Shown here: positions 1-17,918 of the stretch, in pieces | How the letters are laid out: each line of letters opens with the position of its first letter | Position numbering within the stretch: the stretch's first letter is position 1 | Source: the human T2T-CHM13v2.0 reference genome, Homo sapiens | Reading direction: 5' to 3' (one strand) | DNA: 64,000 bases | NCBI RefSeq assembly: GCF_009914755.1 | Contig: NC_060938.1 | Notes under the pieces: model-generated | What the model saw: only the letters and a program-made list of their open reading frames with translations | Told to the model about the DNA's origin: nothing | The model's database searches: none | Made by a program: the position numbers and the translations under genes

Positions 1-1
1 G

Positions 2-559
2 AAAAGACCAAATCTACATCTGATTGGTGTGCCTGAAAGTGATGGGGAGAATGGAACCAAGTTGGAAAACACTCTGCAGGATATTATCCAGGAGAACTTC
101 CCCAAACTAGCAAGGCAGGCCAACATTCAAATTCAGGAAATACAGAGAACGCCACAAAGATACTCCTCAAGAAGAGCAACCCCAAGACACATAACTGTCA
201 GATTTACCAAGGTTAAAATGAAGGAAAAAATGTTAAGGGCAGCCAGAGAGAAAAGTCGGGTTACCCACAAAGGGAAGCCCATCAGACTAACAGCTGATCT
301 CTCAGCAGCAACTCTACAAGCCAGAAGAGAGTGGGAGCCAATATTCAATATTCTTAAAGAAAAGAATTTTCAACCCAGAACTTCATATCCAGCCAAACTA
401 AGCTTCAGAAGTGAAGGAGAAATAAAATACTTTACAGACAAGCAAATGCTGAGAGATTCTGTCACCACCAGGCCTGCCTTACAGGAGCTACTGAAGGAAG
501 CACTAAACATGGAAAGGAACAACTGGTACCAGCCACTGCAAAAACATGCCAAATTGTAA
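2..559 (+). pseudogene. L1 ORF1p C-terminal part (frame open from window start)
   Basis: KRPNLHLIGVPE...QRTPQRYSSRRATPRHI...YPAKLSF...QPLQKHAKL*. Confidence 0.95.
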
Positions 560-622
560 AGACCATTGAGGCTAGGAAGAAACTGCATCAACTAACGAGC
601 AAAATAACCAACTAACATCATA

Positions 623-4724
<4,102 letters not shown>

Positions 4725-4967
4725 ACAATGAGAACACTTGGACACAGGAAGGGGAACATCACACCTGTTGTGGGGTGGGGGGGCCTGTTGTGGGGTGGGG
4801 GGGAAGGGGAGGGATAGCATTAGGAGATATACCTAACGTAAATGATGAGTTAATAGGTGCAGCACACCAACATGGCACATGTATACATATGTAACAAAAT
4901 TGTATGTTGTGCACATGTACCCTAGAACTTAAAGTATAATAAAATATATATATTTAAAAAGAAAAAA

Positions 4968-5342
4968 ATAAAGAAAACGTGGCACGTATACACCATGGAA
5001 TACTATGCAGCCATAAAAAAGGAAGACTTCATGTCCTTTGTAGGGACATGGATGAAGCTGGAAACCATCATTCTGAGCAAACTATCGCAAGGACAGAAAA
5101 CCAAACACTGCGTGTTCTCACTCACAGGTGGGAATTGAACAATAAGAACACTTGGACACAGGAAGGGGAACATCACACACCGGGGCCTGTCATGGGGTTG
5201 GGGGAGGGGGAAGGGATAGCATTAGGAGATATACCTAATGTAAATGATGAGTTAATGGGTGCAGCACACCAACGTGGCACATGTATACATATGTAACAAA
5301 CTTCCATGTTGTGCACATGTACCCTAGAACTTAAAGTATAAT

Positions 5343-5344
<2 letters not shown>
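4968..5344 (+). mobile_element. second L1PA 3' end (5'-truncated)
   Basis: Repeats the end of ORF2 and 3'UTR seen at ~4555-4940 with different substitutions. Confidence 0.93.
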
Positions 5345-5409
<65 letters not shown>

Positions 5410-5445
5410 GGAAAGGAAAAGAAAAGAAAAGAAAAAAAGAAAAAA
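5345..5445 (+). repeat. (GAAA)n/(GAAAA)n microsatellite derived from L1 tail
   Basis: Direct reading of sequence. Confidence 0.95.
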
Positions 5446-6389
<944 letters not shown>

Positions 6390-7164
6390 TTATTTAGCTT
6401 CTCCTACCAAAATCTACTTTGACAGACAAATGTGACCTCCAACTTATGTGCCAACCCAAAGCTGTACTCAAATCAGATGCCCCCCACAAAACTGCTAGAG
6501 ATGGCCAGAAGCATTCTGAAAACACACCTTAATGAAAAACCGCTTTTCCATCAGATCCGTCACATTTGAATGGAAAAACAAAATACTTTGTCGCTTCTAA
6601 TAAGTACAGAGAGCCTGACAAGGTAAAAGATTTTTTCTCCCCCGGCACTAATCTCAAATATAATAATAATATCTAAATAAGATTTTTATCTTTAGACTTT
6701 ATGTTATTGAGTGAAAACTGAATTCTTGGCATTGCACTTTCAGTTTGTGTCTCTCAGCCACTGACTCAGAAATAATGATGAGTGGGATATGCTGAATGAA
6801 CCGGACTCCCGCATGCAATGGTTTATGACAGATGACGATATATGATGAGAATACAAAACCCTGATGATAATAGGTTTATTTATCGATTGCAAATAAAATT
6901 CATGAAGTGTGAAGCTGAAAACGGCACTGAAGGGAATTGAGCAGGGAGGCCATCAGCAAGAGCATGTACAACACAGAAACGGAGCTAAGTGCTGCTCGAT
7001 GGAGACCGGGTGGACGTGGAGGCAGGGCCCCAACTGGAATCGGGACGCTGCTTCTCACTTAGTGATGTCCTTGGACAAAAGGCACAGTCCTCTTTCTGCC
7101 TCCACCTCTTCAGGGGCACACCAGGCCTGTGCCATGGCTGGGAGGTGGAAGTAGAAAGACACAG

Positions 7165-7275
7165 CAATTCAGAAAGCTGGTGCTGCAGAACCAGCTCTGC
7201 CACTAGCAAGTTATGTGGCCTTGGGCAGGAGTTTGAATCTCTACTGGCCTTCATTTGTTCCATAAAATAAAAGGT
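7165..7275 (+). mobile_element. MIR fragment
   Basis: ccagctctgccactagcaagttatgtggccttgggcag core-like sequence. Confidence 0.55.
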
Positions 7276-8012
7276 TTCATTCATTCAGCAAACACCACAA
7301 CAGGCGGTACTGCGCTGCTCATGCCAAGGTGAGTAAAGTGAGAGTGCCCTATTTCCTGGCAAGAGCTGGACTGTAATCGACTACAGTACAGCCCTGGGCT
7401 GCAGGTACACACGCAGCCAGCTTGGCACCAGGTCTTGGCACTCCCAATGTCCTTTATGCGTCTCACTTCTACAGTTTTAACTACAAAACCACATTTTCCA
7501 GGCACTTGAAGATGCTCCCAACGAGAATGAGCTAAAACACAGCCAAATGTAGAGGCTTTTCAACTCCCAGGCAGAGCCTAGGAAGATCACGGAGGAAAGG
7601 ACCGTAGGCCTGAGAAGTCATTTGCATATTGCTGGATGATTTACATGCTGGAGTGAGCCAGACTTCCCAGGAATGCCTTCCTGTGGGTTCTCCCTCACCA
7701 ACACCACTGCAGGGACACCTCCTAAGCCTAAAAGAGGGTTTTTGCCCAATGTACACAGGAATTTGCATAACGTAATTCCACAAAACAAGACCAGAAGCAT
7801 CTCTTTATTTATCTTCCAACAGGCCCCCAGAAGTAAGCTGACAGGAAGCCCTTAACCACAGAGCTTCCAAAAAGGTGGCTTCCAAAGAGTCATGGCAGGT
7901 AGTGATTGAAAAAGGGGATAATTGTGGCTCCAATTTAGCTTAGTGACAATAAAGTCTTGAAGAAGATGTCATCTTGAAAACCATTGTGTTTTCATTTGAA
8001 AAACATAGAATC

Positions 8013-8957
8013 TGTATTCGTTTTGACTGCTGCCTAACAAATTACCACAAACAGCAGCTTAAAATAATACAGATTTATCATCTCACAGCTTCCACGTGTC
8101 AGGAGACCAAATGCAGGTTAGCTGGGTCCTTTGCCCAGGGTCTTACCAGGTTGAAATCGCTGTGTTAGCCAGGGCTGTGATCCCTTTTCGTTTTGTTTTG
8201 TTTTTCTGTTTTTTTGAGATGGAGTCTCCCTCTGTCACCCAGGCTGGAGTGCAGTGGCATAATCTTGGCTCACTGCAACCTCCACCTCCCGAGTTCAATC
8301 AGTTCTCCTCCTCAGCCTCCCAAGTAGCTGTGATGGCAGGCACGTGACACCATGCCTGGCTAATTTTTGTATCTTTAGTAGAGACAGGGTTTTGCCATGT
8401 TGACCAGGATGGTCTCAAACTCCTGACCCCAGGCGATCTGCCTGCCTCAGCCTCCCAAAGTGCTGGGATTGTAGGCATGGGCCACCACGCCCGGCCCAGG
8501 GCTGCCATCTTGTCTGAGGTAGGGGGTCTTCTACCAAGCTCACTGGCTATCGGCAGAATTGAGTTCCATGTAGCTATAGGGCTGAGGACCTCAACTCCTA
8601 GAGGCCACCACAATTTTTTGCCATGTGGTGCTGTTCATAATATGGAAGTTTGTTTTTTCAAAGACAGCAGAAGAATCTCTGACTTCTTTTGTCTTTGACC
8701 GCCAGACTCTGTTTTTAAAAATTCACCTGATTAGTTCAGGCCTACCTGGGATAGCTCCTTTTCATTCATGCCAACTGACTAATAAGCTAAATTGTGCAAA
8801 ATTACAGACCTTTGCCATATAACAGAGTCATGAGAGTAATAGCCCATCACCTTTGCCATATTCCATTGGTTAGAAGCAAATTACAGGTGTGGCCACACTT
8901 AAGGGCAAAGGCTAATACATGGATATGGTTATTGGGACTGGAATTCTGCCTATCACA
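8013..8957 (-). mobile_element. MLT1 (E/F-like) ERVL-MaLR LTR split by an Alu
   Basis: tgctgcctaacaaattaccacaaa...cttaaaa; ccattggttagaagcaa; end ctgcctatcaca. Confidence 0.8.
8186..8496 (-). mobile_element. AluS (Sx-like)
   Basis: Full dimer; TSD agggctg(tg/cc)atc. Confidence 0.93.
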
Positions 8958-9928
8958 GGATCTCTCTCCATATTCTTTTGTATGGTTTATTTTACTTATG
9001 TTGGTTTCATTGTACAGAATTTTCTGCTCTCGTGGAGAGAAGTCTTCCAGGAACAAGTCTCCTTCCCCGATTGGTATTGTATCCAGATTTGGTCATTATT
9101 GCTCTGAAGCTTAGAAACAGGGTTCATGGGAAGATTTTTACCTCCCTACCCTGGCCTTCTTATGCCTTCTACTGCTTTCTCTCAGGGAAAAGAGTAAGCA
9201 GGTATAATATAGAGATCTCACAAACAACTCAAAATCCCCACGGATAATGTGAAATTATCCCCAGAGAAGGTGAATCATGCAAGAAGATGTTTTTATTGAA
9301 AGCATCCCAAGCAGGAGTAGTTTTTGCCCTAAGGGAGATCATAGAAGAGGTTCCGCCCCCAAGGTGTTGTAAGCACTTGTGGTGCCGACTGTCAAATTGA
9401 TACGTCCTCTTCTTTCAGAGAAAAACCAACTGCTTATCTCTTCCCCTCTGTGGCTTAACCAAGTGCCTGCAGGCCAAAGCAGCAAGCTTCTTGACCTTTC
9501 CCCACACTCCTGCAAGGAAGGACTTAACTTCTCAACCCTACCTTTTCAATAAGAAAAAGGTTTGAGGTTAAGGCAAGCAGCAGGGTTTTTATAAAAGATG
9601 ATTTTGTCTCCACACTCACTCCTGGCCCTTTTCCACACACCTGCCCCTTCCCTGCCCCTCGCCCTGGTACTTCCGGCTCTTTCGCTGCCTGCCTCCTGCT
9701 TTGCTGGATAGTGTTCATTTTCACCCATCCCCCAGGCCTTCTGCCATCCCTCCCTGGGCCTGCCTCCAACACTCTCCTTAGTCCACGATATAGAGGTTTT
9801 CTGAAAGCAGAAGCCCTTTGCACTAAGACATAAACGGTGCCAAATCACCCCCACAAGATTGAAAGAGAACACTTTCAAAGAGAAGGAAAAAGAAAGGGAA
9901 AGGAACACAGCAGGGCCACCAAAAGATA

Positions 9929-10006
9929 CAAACCAGTTGAATTTCTGTAAGAGAAAACCAAATCTCCAAACCAGCTGAATTTCCGTAATAGAAAACCAAA
10001 TCTCCA
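9929..10006. repeat. 38-bp tandem duplication
   Basis: caaaccag(t/c)tgaatttc(t/c)gtaa(g/t)agaaaaccaaatctc x2. Confidence 0.9.
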
Positions 10007-10214
10007 CATCAAGGATGAATCCGACCTTGGGTGGGGAGGAATCTAGACCTAACACAGGCAACTAAGAGGAGGTACTGACTGTGACGTAAAGACCACATTC
10101 CTGAAGCAGCAGCTCCAGGGATACCCGAGCTATAGAGCTGGCATAGCAACAACGTCTTTCCAGACTATCAGTGAAAAAAGTAGTTGTCCTCGAGGATAGC
10201 CCAGTTTTTATGAA

Positions 10215-10462
10215 TGTGGATCAGATGGGCCTGGGTTTGAATCCTAGTGCTATTACTTACTGACCACATGATCCCTGTCAAGTCGCTTATGTGCTATATG
10301 CCTCAGCTTCTCGCTTTTGTGCTATATGCCTCAGCTGATAAGATGGGGGTAATAAGCGTTGCACTGTGTCACAGTTACTATTGTGAGGATCATATTGGAT
10401 CTATGGCCTGTGATGTAATCAGCACGACACCTGGCATGTAATAAATGCTCAGTAAGTATTGT
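10215..10462 (+). mobile_element. MIR with internal 28-bp tandem duplication (10283-10336)
   Basis: cctgggtttgaatcctag...cctggcatgtaataaatgctcagtaa; tcgctt(a/t)tgtgctatatgcctcagct x2. Confidence 0.8.
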
Positions 10463-10643
10463 TCTTGCTGTTAAACTCTGTTGATCTGGGAGCAAGTAGC
10501 CCCAGGCATAATATTCCCCAACTTTGCCCTCCTGGCTCACTTAAATGTAACCAGACTGGGTTCTTTGATTTTAACTTGTGAGAGAGAAAAGAATTTTTTC
10601 CCTAAAGTTTCTGAAACTTAAACATTAAAATACTCACTTGAGG

Positions 10644-10957
10644 AGGAATGGGGTGATTTGCTCAAAAAGTACAAAGTTTCAGGTAGACAGGATGAATTAC
10701 TATTGTACAGTCACCATGCTGTCCAATAATCTTCAGATTAGTTATTCAGATTATATATTTAATAAGTGTATTAAACACTTGAAAATTGCTAACAGATCTT
10801 AAATGTTCTCACCCCAAAAAATACTATGTGAGATGATAGATATGTTAATTAGCTTGTCTGTGGCAATATTTCACAATGTATACATATATTAAAACATTAT
10901 GTTGTACACTACAAATATATACAATTAGTCAATTATACCTCAATAAAACTGAAAAAA
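10644..10957 (+). mobile_element. L1MA 3' end with small internal inversion
   Basis: cttgaaaattgct...gatatgttaattagctt...tatacctcaataaa; 17-bp TSD aaaata(c/g)tcacttgagg. Confidence 0.85.
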
Positions 10958-11671
10958 TAGTCACTTGAGGCAAGAGCTATGGAAATGTATCTGCCCCCAG
11001 ATTCGGGTCTCCTAAGTAGTTTTTTTGGGGGATCAAATTCCATAGAAGCATACTGGCAACTCGACCTAGAGGAAAGCCTGGGCTTTTTTTCTACATTTGT
11101 GTAACTGATGTCTGAAGAACGTCAGAACAAACAATCAGGAACATTATAGGAACTGCCTTCCTGAAACTGCAGCAAGCCAGATCAAGTAATGAGCTCATTT
11201 GGAAACCCTAGAGACACAGTTTCAAGAAGAGAAGCATACAGAGACTAAAGGGGCCATTTTTAAGTAAAAGATAAATAACATTTTTAAGAAAATTGTTTAT
11301 TTGGAAAGACTTCAAGCCTACAGTCAGTTAGTAAGATGCTAATTGTTTCTTCTGTAATAATTCCCTTAACCCTAAACTATGGTCAAGACCTTTAAAGAAA
11401 GCTTCTGCATTAAGTCAGACTCCATTTCATAAACACACGTACTAGCTCTTTTGACAAAGAATCTGGCAGGAAGTCATGAGCTCTGTTTCCCAGCTGAGGT
11501 CAAAAGTCACCAGATATGAAGCAGATTATAGAGAACAAAGGTAAGTCCCAAATTAAATTCTATCCATAGCTTGACTCCTAGAGGTCAAACCTCTAGAGCA
11601 GGTCTTAAAATTTAGTGTGCCTAGGAAATGACTTGAGATGCTTGAATTTGGGAGCCATATGTTCAGGGTTT

Positions 11672-11992
11672 CTTGCTTTGCTTTGCTTTGCTTTGCTTTT
11701 CTCTTTTTTTGAGTCGGGGTCTCACTTTGTCACCCAGGCTGAAGTGCAGTGGTGCAGTCATGGCTCACTGCAGCCTCAATCTTCCAGGCTAAGGTGAACC
11801 TCCCACCTCAGCCGCACAAGTAGCTGGAACCACACGCATGCGCCACCATGCCTGGCTAATTTTTGTATTTTTGGTAGAGGTACAGTTTTGTCATGTTGCC
11901 TAGGCTAGTCTCAAACTCCTGAGCTCAAGCGAACCGCCAGCCTAGGCCTCCCAAAGTGCTGAGATTAAAGGCGTGAGCCACTGCGCCGAGCC
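11672..11992 (-). mobile_element. AluJ
   Basis: tggctcactgcagcctc, ctcctgagctcaagcga; (CTTTG)n tail. Confidence 0.92.
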
Positions 11993-12137
11993 AGTTTTTT
12001 TCTATTGATTCATAATAATTGTACATATTTATGGGGTACACAGTGGTGTTTTGATACAATGTACAGTGATCAGATCAGGGCAATTAGCATATCCATCATC
12101 TCAAACATTTTTCATTTCTTTGTGTTAGGACACATTT
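11993..12137 (-). mobile_element. L1MA 3' end
   Basis: aattgtacatatttatggggtaca...agtgatcagatcagggcaattagcatatccatca. Confidence 0.8.
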
Positions 12138-12139
12138 CA

Positions 12140-12540
12140 TTCTTATTCATTCAGCAAAGATTTATTGAATGGCTTATGTGTTGGGTGTGGGGATACCAAC
12201 AAGACCCCTATCTTCACCAAAGCTTATTGTCCAATGGGGCACATGAACAATAATCAGACAATTACAATGCAACACCGGCTAAACGCAACACTGTCATCAG
12301 AGACGATTCTCACTTACTCTTCAAAGATCTTCCCAGAAATCAGGGAGTTAAGCCAAAGAAACATGAGAACCAACATCTGTTGGACAATCGTGAGGTGCCA
12401 GGCCATTTGTACACACTTGCCCATTTAATCCCCAGGCAGGTAATGTTATCCCCCTTTCCCAGGGGAAGAAACTGTCCGCGTACAAAGGTGGGCTACTCTG
12501 GGCCTGGAGTCCAGGTCTTTCTGCCTCCAAAGCCCATGTT
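12140..12540 (-). mobile_element. L2 tail followed by MIR fragment
   Basis: attcattcagcaaagatttattgaat; ccaggtctttctgcctccaaagcccatg. Confidence 0.6.
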
Positions 12541-12805
12541 CAGATCCACGGGATCCGGCTCACAGTGATAACGACTGCATTCAAGGCTGTATGGCTATGA
12601 AATGGCACTGGAGTTTGGGTCACCTGGGTTTTCCAATTGATCATACATTACTGTAGAAGATGGAGAGAGAAACTAATGAATGAAAATAATACAGAAATGC
12701 ACATAAGAAAATCCTTTGGACAGAGCCATTGTGAAGTGCAAGGAAACTCCCCTTCCACGGCCCTGCGTGGGGTTTCGTGGATACCCCTCGGGTCGAGGGA
12801 GATCT

Positions 12806-12824
12806 TGGCCACTAGAGGGCAGAG
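12806..12824 (+). promoter_or_regulatory. CTCF consensus motif
   Basis: TGGCCACTAGAGGGCAGAG matches the CTCF core CCASYAGRKGGCR; lies in unique, locally CpG-retaining DNA. Confidence 0.65.
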
Positions 12825-13239
12825 TGTACATTGAACAATCACAGCAAAAATCCCAAAGCCCGTTATGAGAAAGAGACCTAATGCTGCATGCTTCATTAAC
12901 TATTCCAGTGCTGGTAAATATCTGCTGCCCTCCTGTGCAGACAAGGAGCAGATAAAAAATTTTAATGCTAGAATATGACACCTAATCACTGCATTTCGGA
13001 ACACAATGTGGGGGAGGACTCTTCTGATTGTCTCCATCCATTTCCAGTATTCTTAGAATTATAAGCTGCACACAGTTCAATTAACCCTAAGATTGACGAG
13101 GAAAGCCTTCTCCAGTATACTATAAACTTTCCCAATAGCATGAAGCACACAGTGAGTTTAAAAAAGTAAAGAGTTGGCCCTTATTGCCGATGTAACAGCA
13201 ATAGCCAGACAATAGCCACAGTAATAGCAATAACAGGGA

Positions 13240-13440
13240 GTTTGGAATGGGCATAGGGTTCATTCCTGGGTCTATTTCTTACCAACTGTCACTTTTTGGG
13301 CCAAATTATTTAACCTCTATGAACCCCAGTTTCCTCAGGTATAAATAAAACCTACCCAATAAGTTTGTTGTGAGGCTTAAATTATTAAATACAAATTCTT
13401 AGCATAGTCATCAGTCGCTACTGGTAGCTGCTTCATTATG
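13240..13440 (+). mobile_element. MIR
   Basis: ttttgggccaaattatttaacctctatgaaccccagtttcctc...gttgtgagg. Confidence 0.7.
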
Positions 13441-13539
13441 ATAATTCATTATTAATAGTAATAGAGTTTTAGCTCCACATTGATATCACAGACATTAAAG
13501 CCTCTCCAAAGGCTGTCTTGCCTTCCTGTTGTCACAAAG

Positions 13540-14775
13540 CCCCTGCACCGTACTCATCATCTCCTCTTTCTTGTTGTAAATGAAGACATTTCCCTCCTCA
13601 TCAGACAAAGGCCAGTTCTTCCATCTGCAGCCTGGAGGCTCCATCTTCCCACCTTCTTGGGAACTTGACGCTTTCAGTCATCATTTGTCATGTGTGGCTC
13701 CTGAGTCTTTACCTTCTCCCTCTTCCTTGCCTCCTTCCATTCTCACATTTAAACATGTTCTAGTCTCTTCTATCTTAAAAGCAAAAACAAGTAAACAAAC
13801 CCTAACCTCTCCCACTCCCCACAGATGCCTTGAGCTACAGCCTCTATCTCTCCTCACTTTGCAATGAAACTTCTCAGCAGAGCTCCCTGCAAGCCAGTCC
13901 CGTTTCCTCCTGTCTACCCACTTCTTAGCTCATTCCAATGTCATTCCGTCTGCCTGCCCTCACAGTGCCTCACATGGCCACGCTACCTCCAGTCTAAGCT
14001 CTTCAGTTCTCTTCTTACTTGACCTCTTGGCAGCTTTGCCACAGGTGACCTTCTGAGAACACTGCTGTCCCTCAGGCCCAGGAACACCAAACTATTCCTC
14101 AGTGTCTGGGGCTGACTCTGCCATCTTGCCCTAGCCTATTGATGCTGGAATCTTCCAGGCTCTGTCTCAGGCCCTCTTCTTTTCTTATTCTACCCCCTTC
14201 TTAGGTGCTTTTGTCTATTCCCACAGATCCAGCTCCATCTCCAAACCCATGTTCCTGGATATCACCCCTGAATGTCTCGTAGGCACCTCAAGCTCGATAT
14301 GAACCAAACTAAATTACCTCCTCACTTCCTGCACCTCCTCCTGCTGCACACACAGTGAACCCAGCTCTTCAGCAGTCTCTCACTGTGAAATTTGCATCCC
14401 CATGCAGCCAGGTATTTAAGTCAAATTTGGCAAACGCTCTTAATATTTTCATTTATTTTATTCCTCACATCAAATCAATTGTGATTCCTGTCCACTCTGT
14501 CTACTAGATTTTTCTTCAGATCTTTTCCTTTTTTTCTTCCCACTGTCCCCCACCATCAATCTAAGCTACCACCATCTTTTGCCTGCCCCTCTCCATTCCA
14601 GCAGAGAAATATTTCTAAATGTTGGTTTTACCCATGTCATACCCCACATTTAAAATCCTGCGCTAATATAGTTCTTTGGGTAAAATCCAGAATCCTCAAA
14701 GACTCCTAAACTTGTCATCTTTATCTGGCCCTGTGCTACCTCTCCAGCCTCGTCTCACACCACTCTTGCCTTTCC
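13540..14775 (+). mobile_element. L2 body fragments
   Basis: Pyrimidine-rich L2-like motifs (cttacttgacctcttggcagc, tcacccctgaatgtctcgtaggcacctcaagctc). Confidence 0.65.
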
Positions 14776-14799
14776 TTCTCAAAAACCCATGTTTGAAAG

Positions 14800-15380
14800 T
14801 GGGTAAACTAATTGAGGCTCTGTGGTGTGCCAGGCGGCATGGGGATTTCAAAACTGTATCAGTCACCATATCTGCCCGTATCAAGGAACTTACAGTCACG
14901 GGGGAAGAAGGACCCAGCTATGACGATTAGTATAAAGTAAAATGTGATAAATAGCATTAAAAATGTACACACGGGGGAGTTCAGAGGAGGAGGTGAGTGG
15001 AAATGCAATGCACGGGGAAGGCTGCAGAGATGTGATCTGTGCATGCACCATGTAAGATGAGGAGGCCTGGGCTGTTCCCAGATGGCATGGGAAGACCAAG
15101 AGTTTAGAGAAGAATGAATGAAAGTAGGCACATCAGCTATGTCAGGCTGATCAGGAGAGAAATGGTATCAAGAAAGAAGTGTGTGTTCAATGTCAACCAC
15201 TGCAGACACCCAGAAAACATAGGCACTTAAATTTGACAACCAGAGGTCATTATAGATCTTTGAGAAAGTAGTTTGTATAAGTGGGTAATGGTTGAAGCCA
15301 AAAGACGATGGAAAAAGCGGCTCATGAGAACATGAAGACTGACTGTAATATTCCATTACTTCAAGAAGGTTGGTAACAAG
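14800..15380 (-). mobile_element. L2 fragments
   Basis: tcaaggaacttacagtc; cagaggtcattatagatctttgagaaagtagttt. Confidence 0.5.
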
Positions 15381-16614
15381 GGAAAAAACCATGGCAAGAA
15401 GCAGCTTGAGAATTTAGTATTAATCATCATAGCTAGGACCAGGCAGGCAAATTCCCAACTGGGGTTGGGTTAGGTCAAAACAGAATCTCACACCATAGAC
15501 ACTTGGCAGGAAGCCAGGGAAAGGAAGGCATTTAAAAAGGAGTTGAGGCAGGGGGTGGGTGCTGTTTACATCCTGGGTTCACCTGGTGAATCAGTCCCCA
15601 GTCCCTGGGAGCAGCCCTAGGGGCCAACAGGAGGCAGGGGCACCCAGCCCTGCTCTCAGCACTAGCTGTAAAAAGTGCAGAACAATGGAAGCTGGTTGTA
15701 AAACTTAAGCAGATCAGACACTATAAAATACTTTGTAATGCACCATTGAGGCGACCAAATAAGAGGCTTGAATAAATTTATATTCCAATTGCTAAACATT
15801 ACAGTCAATTTAAAAACCCACAAAAGTTTTGCTGAACAACTGTATAAATAATAGATCTGTCGCATTGTACAGTACCTAATAGACTGAGACATAAAACAAT
15901 TGCAGCTAACTCCCTCTCACCTGTTAAATCATCTCGAAATAGATCTGCTAGCTCAACTCTCTATTTTTTTTCCTTTCAAAAAACACTGTAAGGTAATTCT
16001 CAGGTTAATGTGAATTGTATTTATTATTTATTTGCATTTTTTTCCCCTCAAAACAGAAAGCACTAGAAGCTGACAGGGCCAGAAATGTATTGTATCTGAG
16101 CCTGCCTTCCTCCCTGGAAGCTCTCCGTCCAACTTTTGGGATGTTTCTCTTCCATTGAGCTATAGTAGAATTATCAGTTGGTGGCTATTTTGTAGAAGTT
16201 GAAATCAACGTGCACACACAGTCACACAATAATACACATGCATGCACACATACCTGTATGGGTGTGTGTGCGCACACATATGTGCACAGAGAAGCAATGC
16301 AACTTAAAGAATAAGAAAGTAGGCCAAGAGCTAAAGAAAGCAAATTCTGTGTTTCTGTCATAAACATGCTGTGAGAGTGTGGGCAGACTCCCTTTCCCAC
16401 TGCTTCTGGGTTCCCATCCCAAAATCATTTGATTAGCTACCGATTGCAAAACACACACTGAAACAGTACAGACATGAGGAAGAATAATCTTTCCCTCAGG
16501 TATGCATCCACATTTACAACTCAGGAGTTGAACAGCAGAGCAGAAACAAAACCCAAAAAACAACCAAACAGAAAACAATGCTTTTGCAATTCTCACAACC
16601 AACTGTAATATCGA

Positions 16615-16740
16615 AACAATAATTATCCCCCCTTTTCAGACACGGTAACTGGGATATAAACAGGTTAAGGAATTTGCTCAATATCATCTAGCTAATAAGT
16701 GGCAGCCCTGGGATTTTAACTCAGATTTCCCTGAGCATGC
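16615..16740 (-). mobile_element. MIR
   Basis: caggttaaggaatttgctcaa...agctaataagtggcagccctgggattttaactcag. Confidence 0.7.
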
Positions 16741-17389
16741 CATATAGAAGACAGCTGTAGTGCAGACAACTCAGGAACAGATAGGAAACTAACTCCCTTT
16801 TCCCGTAATCTATTTGAGGAAGATGGTTCCGAGCTGGGAAGGGGCTGCAGGTGGGTTACCTGTCTGTGTCTCCTACTCAGTATTAGAAACTCGGGTAGGG
16901 GAGCTTCATCTTTCCATTCCCGTAGCCTAGTCATAATTCTGTGTTTGGGTAAAGCAAGATTATTCTACAGAAAGAGCGTTAAATCTTGAAGAATGTGCAA
17001 GTAAAGAAGCTCGTCTGAGCCTTATGTGATATAGAATCTCTTCTATCCCTACTATTAACCGAAAAATTTCTTTGGGATTCCTTATTTCAAATCCCTGCCT
17101 TCCCCCATCCCCCATCAGAAAGGATGCATCCAGTTTATCTTCTTTAAGCCTGACCACAGAACCAGCTTATGAAATGACTGCTCTTGGATCACAAACCCCT
17201 TCCCTGGGCCAGTTCGGTGAAGGGAGGAGGAGAGGAAGGGAAGGTCTCCTCACACAGCAGGAGACACCGCCACCTGGGCGGCAGGAGCTGCAGTCAAGCA
17301 GTGGGTTTCCCTCAGAAGTGGAGAGGGGGTGTGGGAGGATGGTTGAAGTGCACAGGGTGACTTATCTAATTGAGAGGTGAAATAAGTTG

Positions 17390-17540
17390 CCCAGGTGTTT
17401 CAACTTACCTTCCTTACTGTGTGGATAAGGAAAGCCAGGCCCAGGAAGTCAAAAGACTTGCCCAAGGTGACCCAACTTCACTGTGGCTGAACTAGGACTA
17501 GAATGCAACTCTTGTCTCCTGGTTCAGTGCTCTATCTTCC
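17390..17540 (-). mobile_element. MIR
   Basis: gacttgcccaaggtgaccca...gaactaggactagaa. Confidence 0.6.
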
Positions 17541-17918
17541 AAAAATGAGTTAAATGCCTGAGAGGGCAAGGAAAAAAGGTCTAAGGACACTGCTCAGAAG
17601 CACGTAATCATGTGAGGAGGAAAGGTAAAGGTGGCCCAAGTGTGCCATGATGGATAAAGATGAAAGCTGGGCCAACCCCCTCCAGACTCGGCTCTGTGCT
17701 TAAAAAAAAGAAAAAAGAAGAAAAAAAAATACTGAGTGGTGGGGGTGAGGGGTTGGGTTGTGGGACAGGACATAAGTATATATGCTGGTGGCAGAGGTGG
17801 GGATAACAAACATTGCTGATGGGAATAACTGCCAAATCCAAAGTAATTGTAGCTATGTGTCCCCCAATTTACAAATCAAATACTTTCATTGATGTCATTA
17901 CTAAAAAATGCTAACTTC

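Noticed and set aside
16208-16290. Alternating purine-pyrimidine quasi-palindrome
   Set aside because: Ordinary degenerate (CA)/(TG) low-complexity tract
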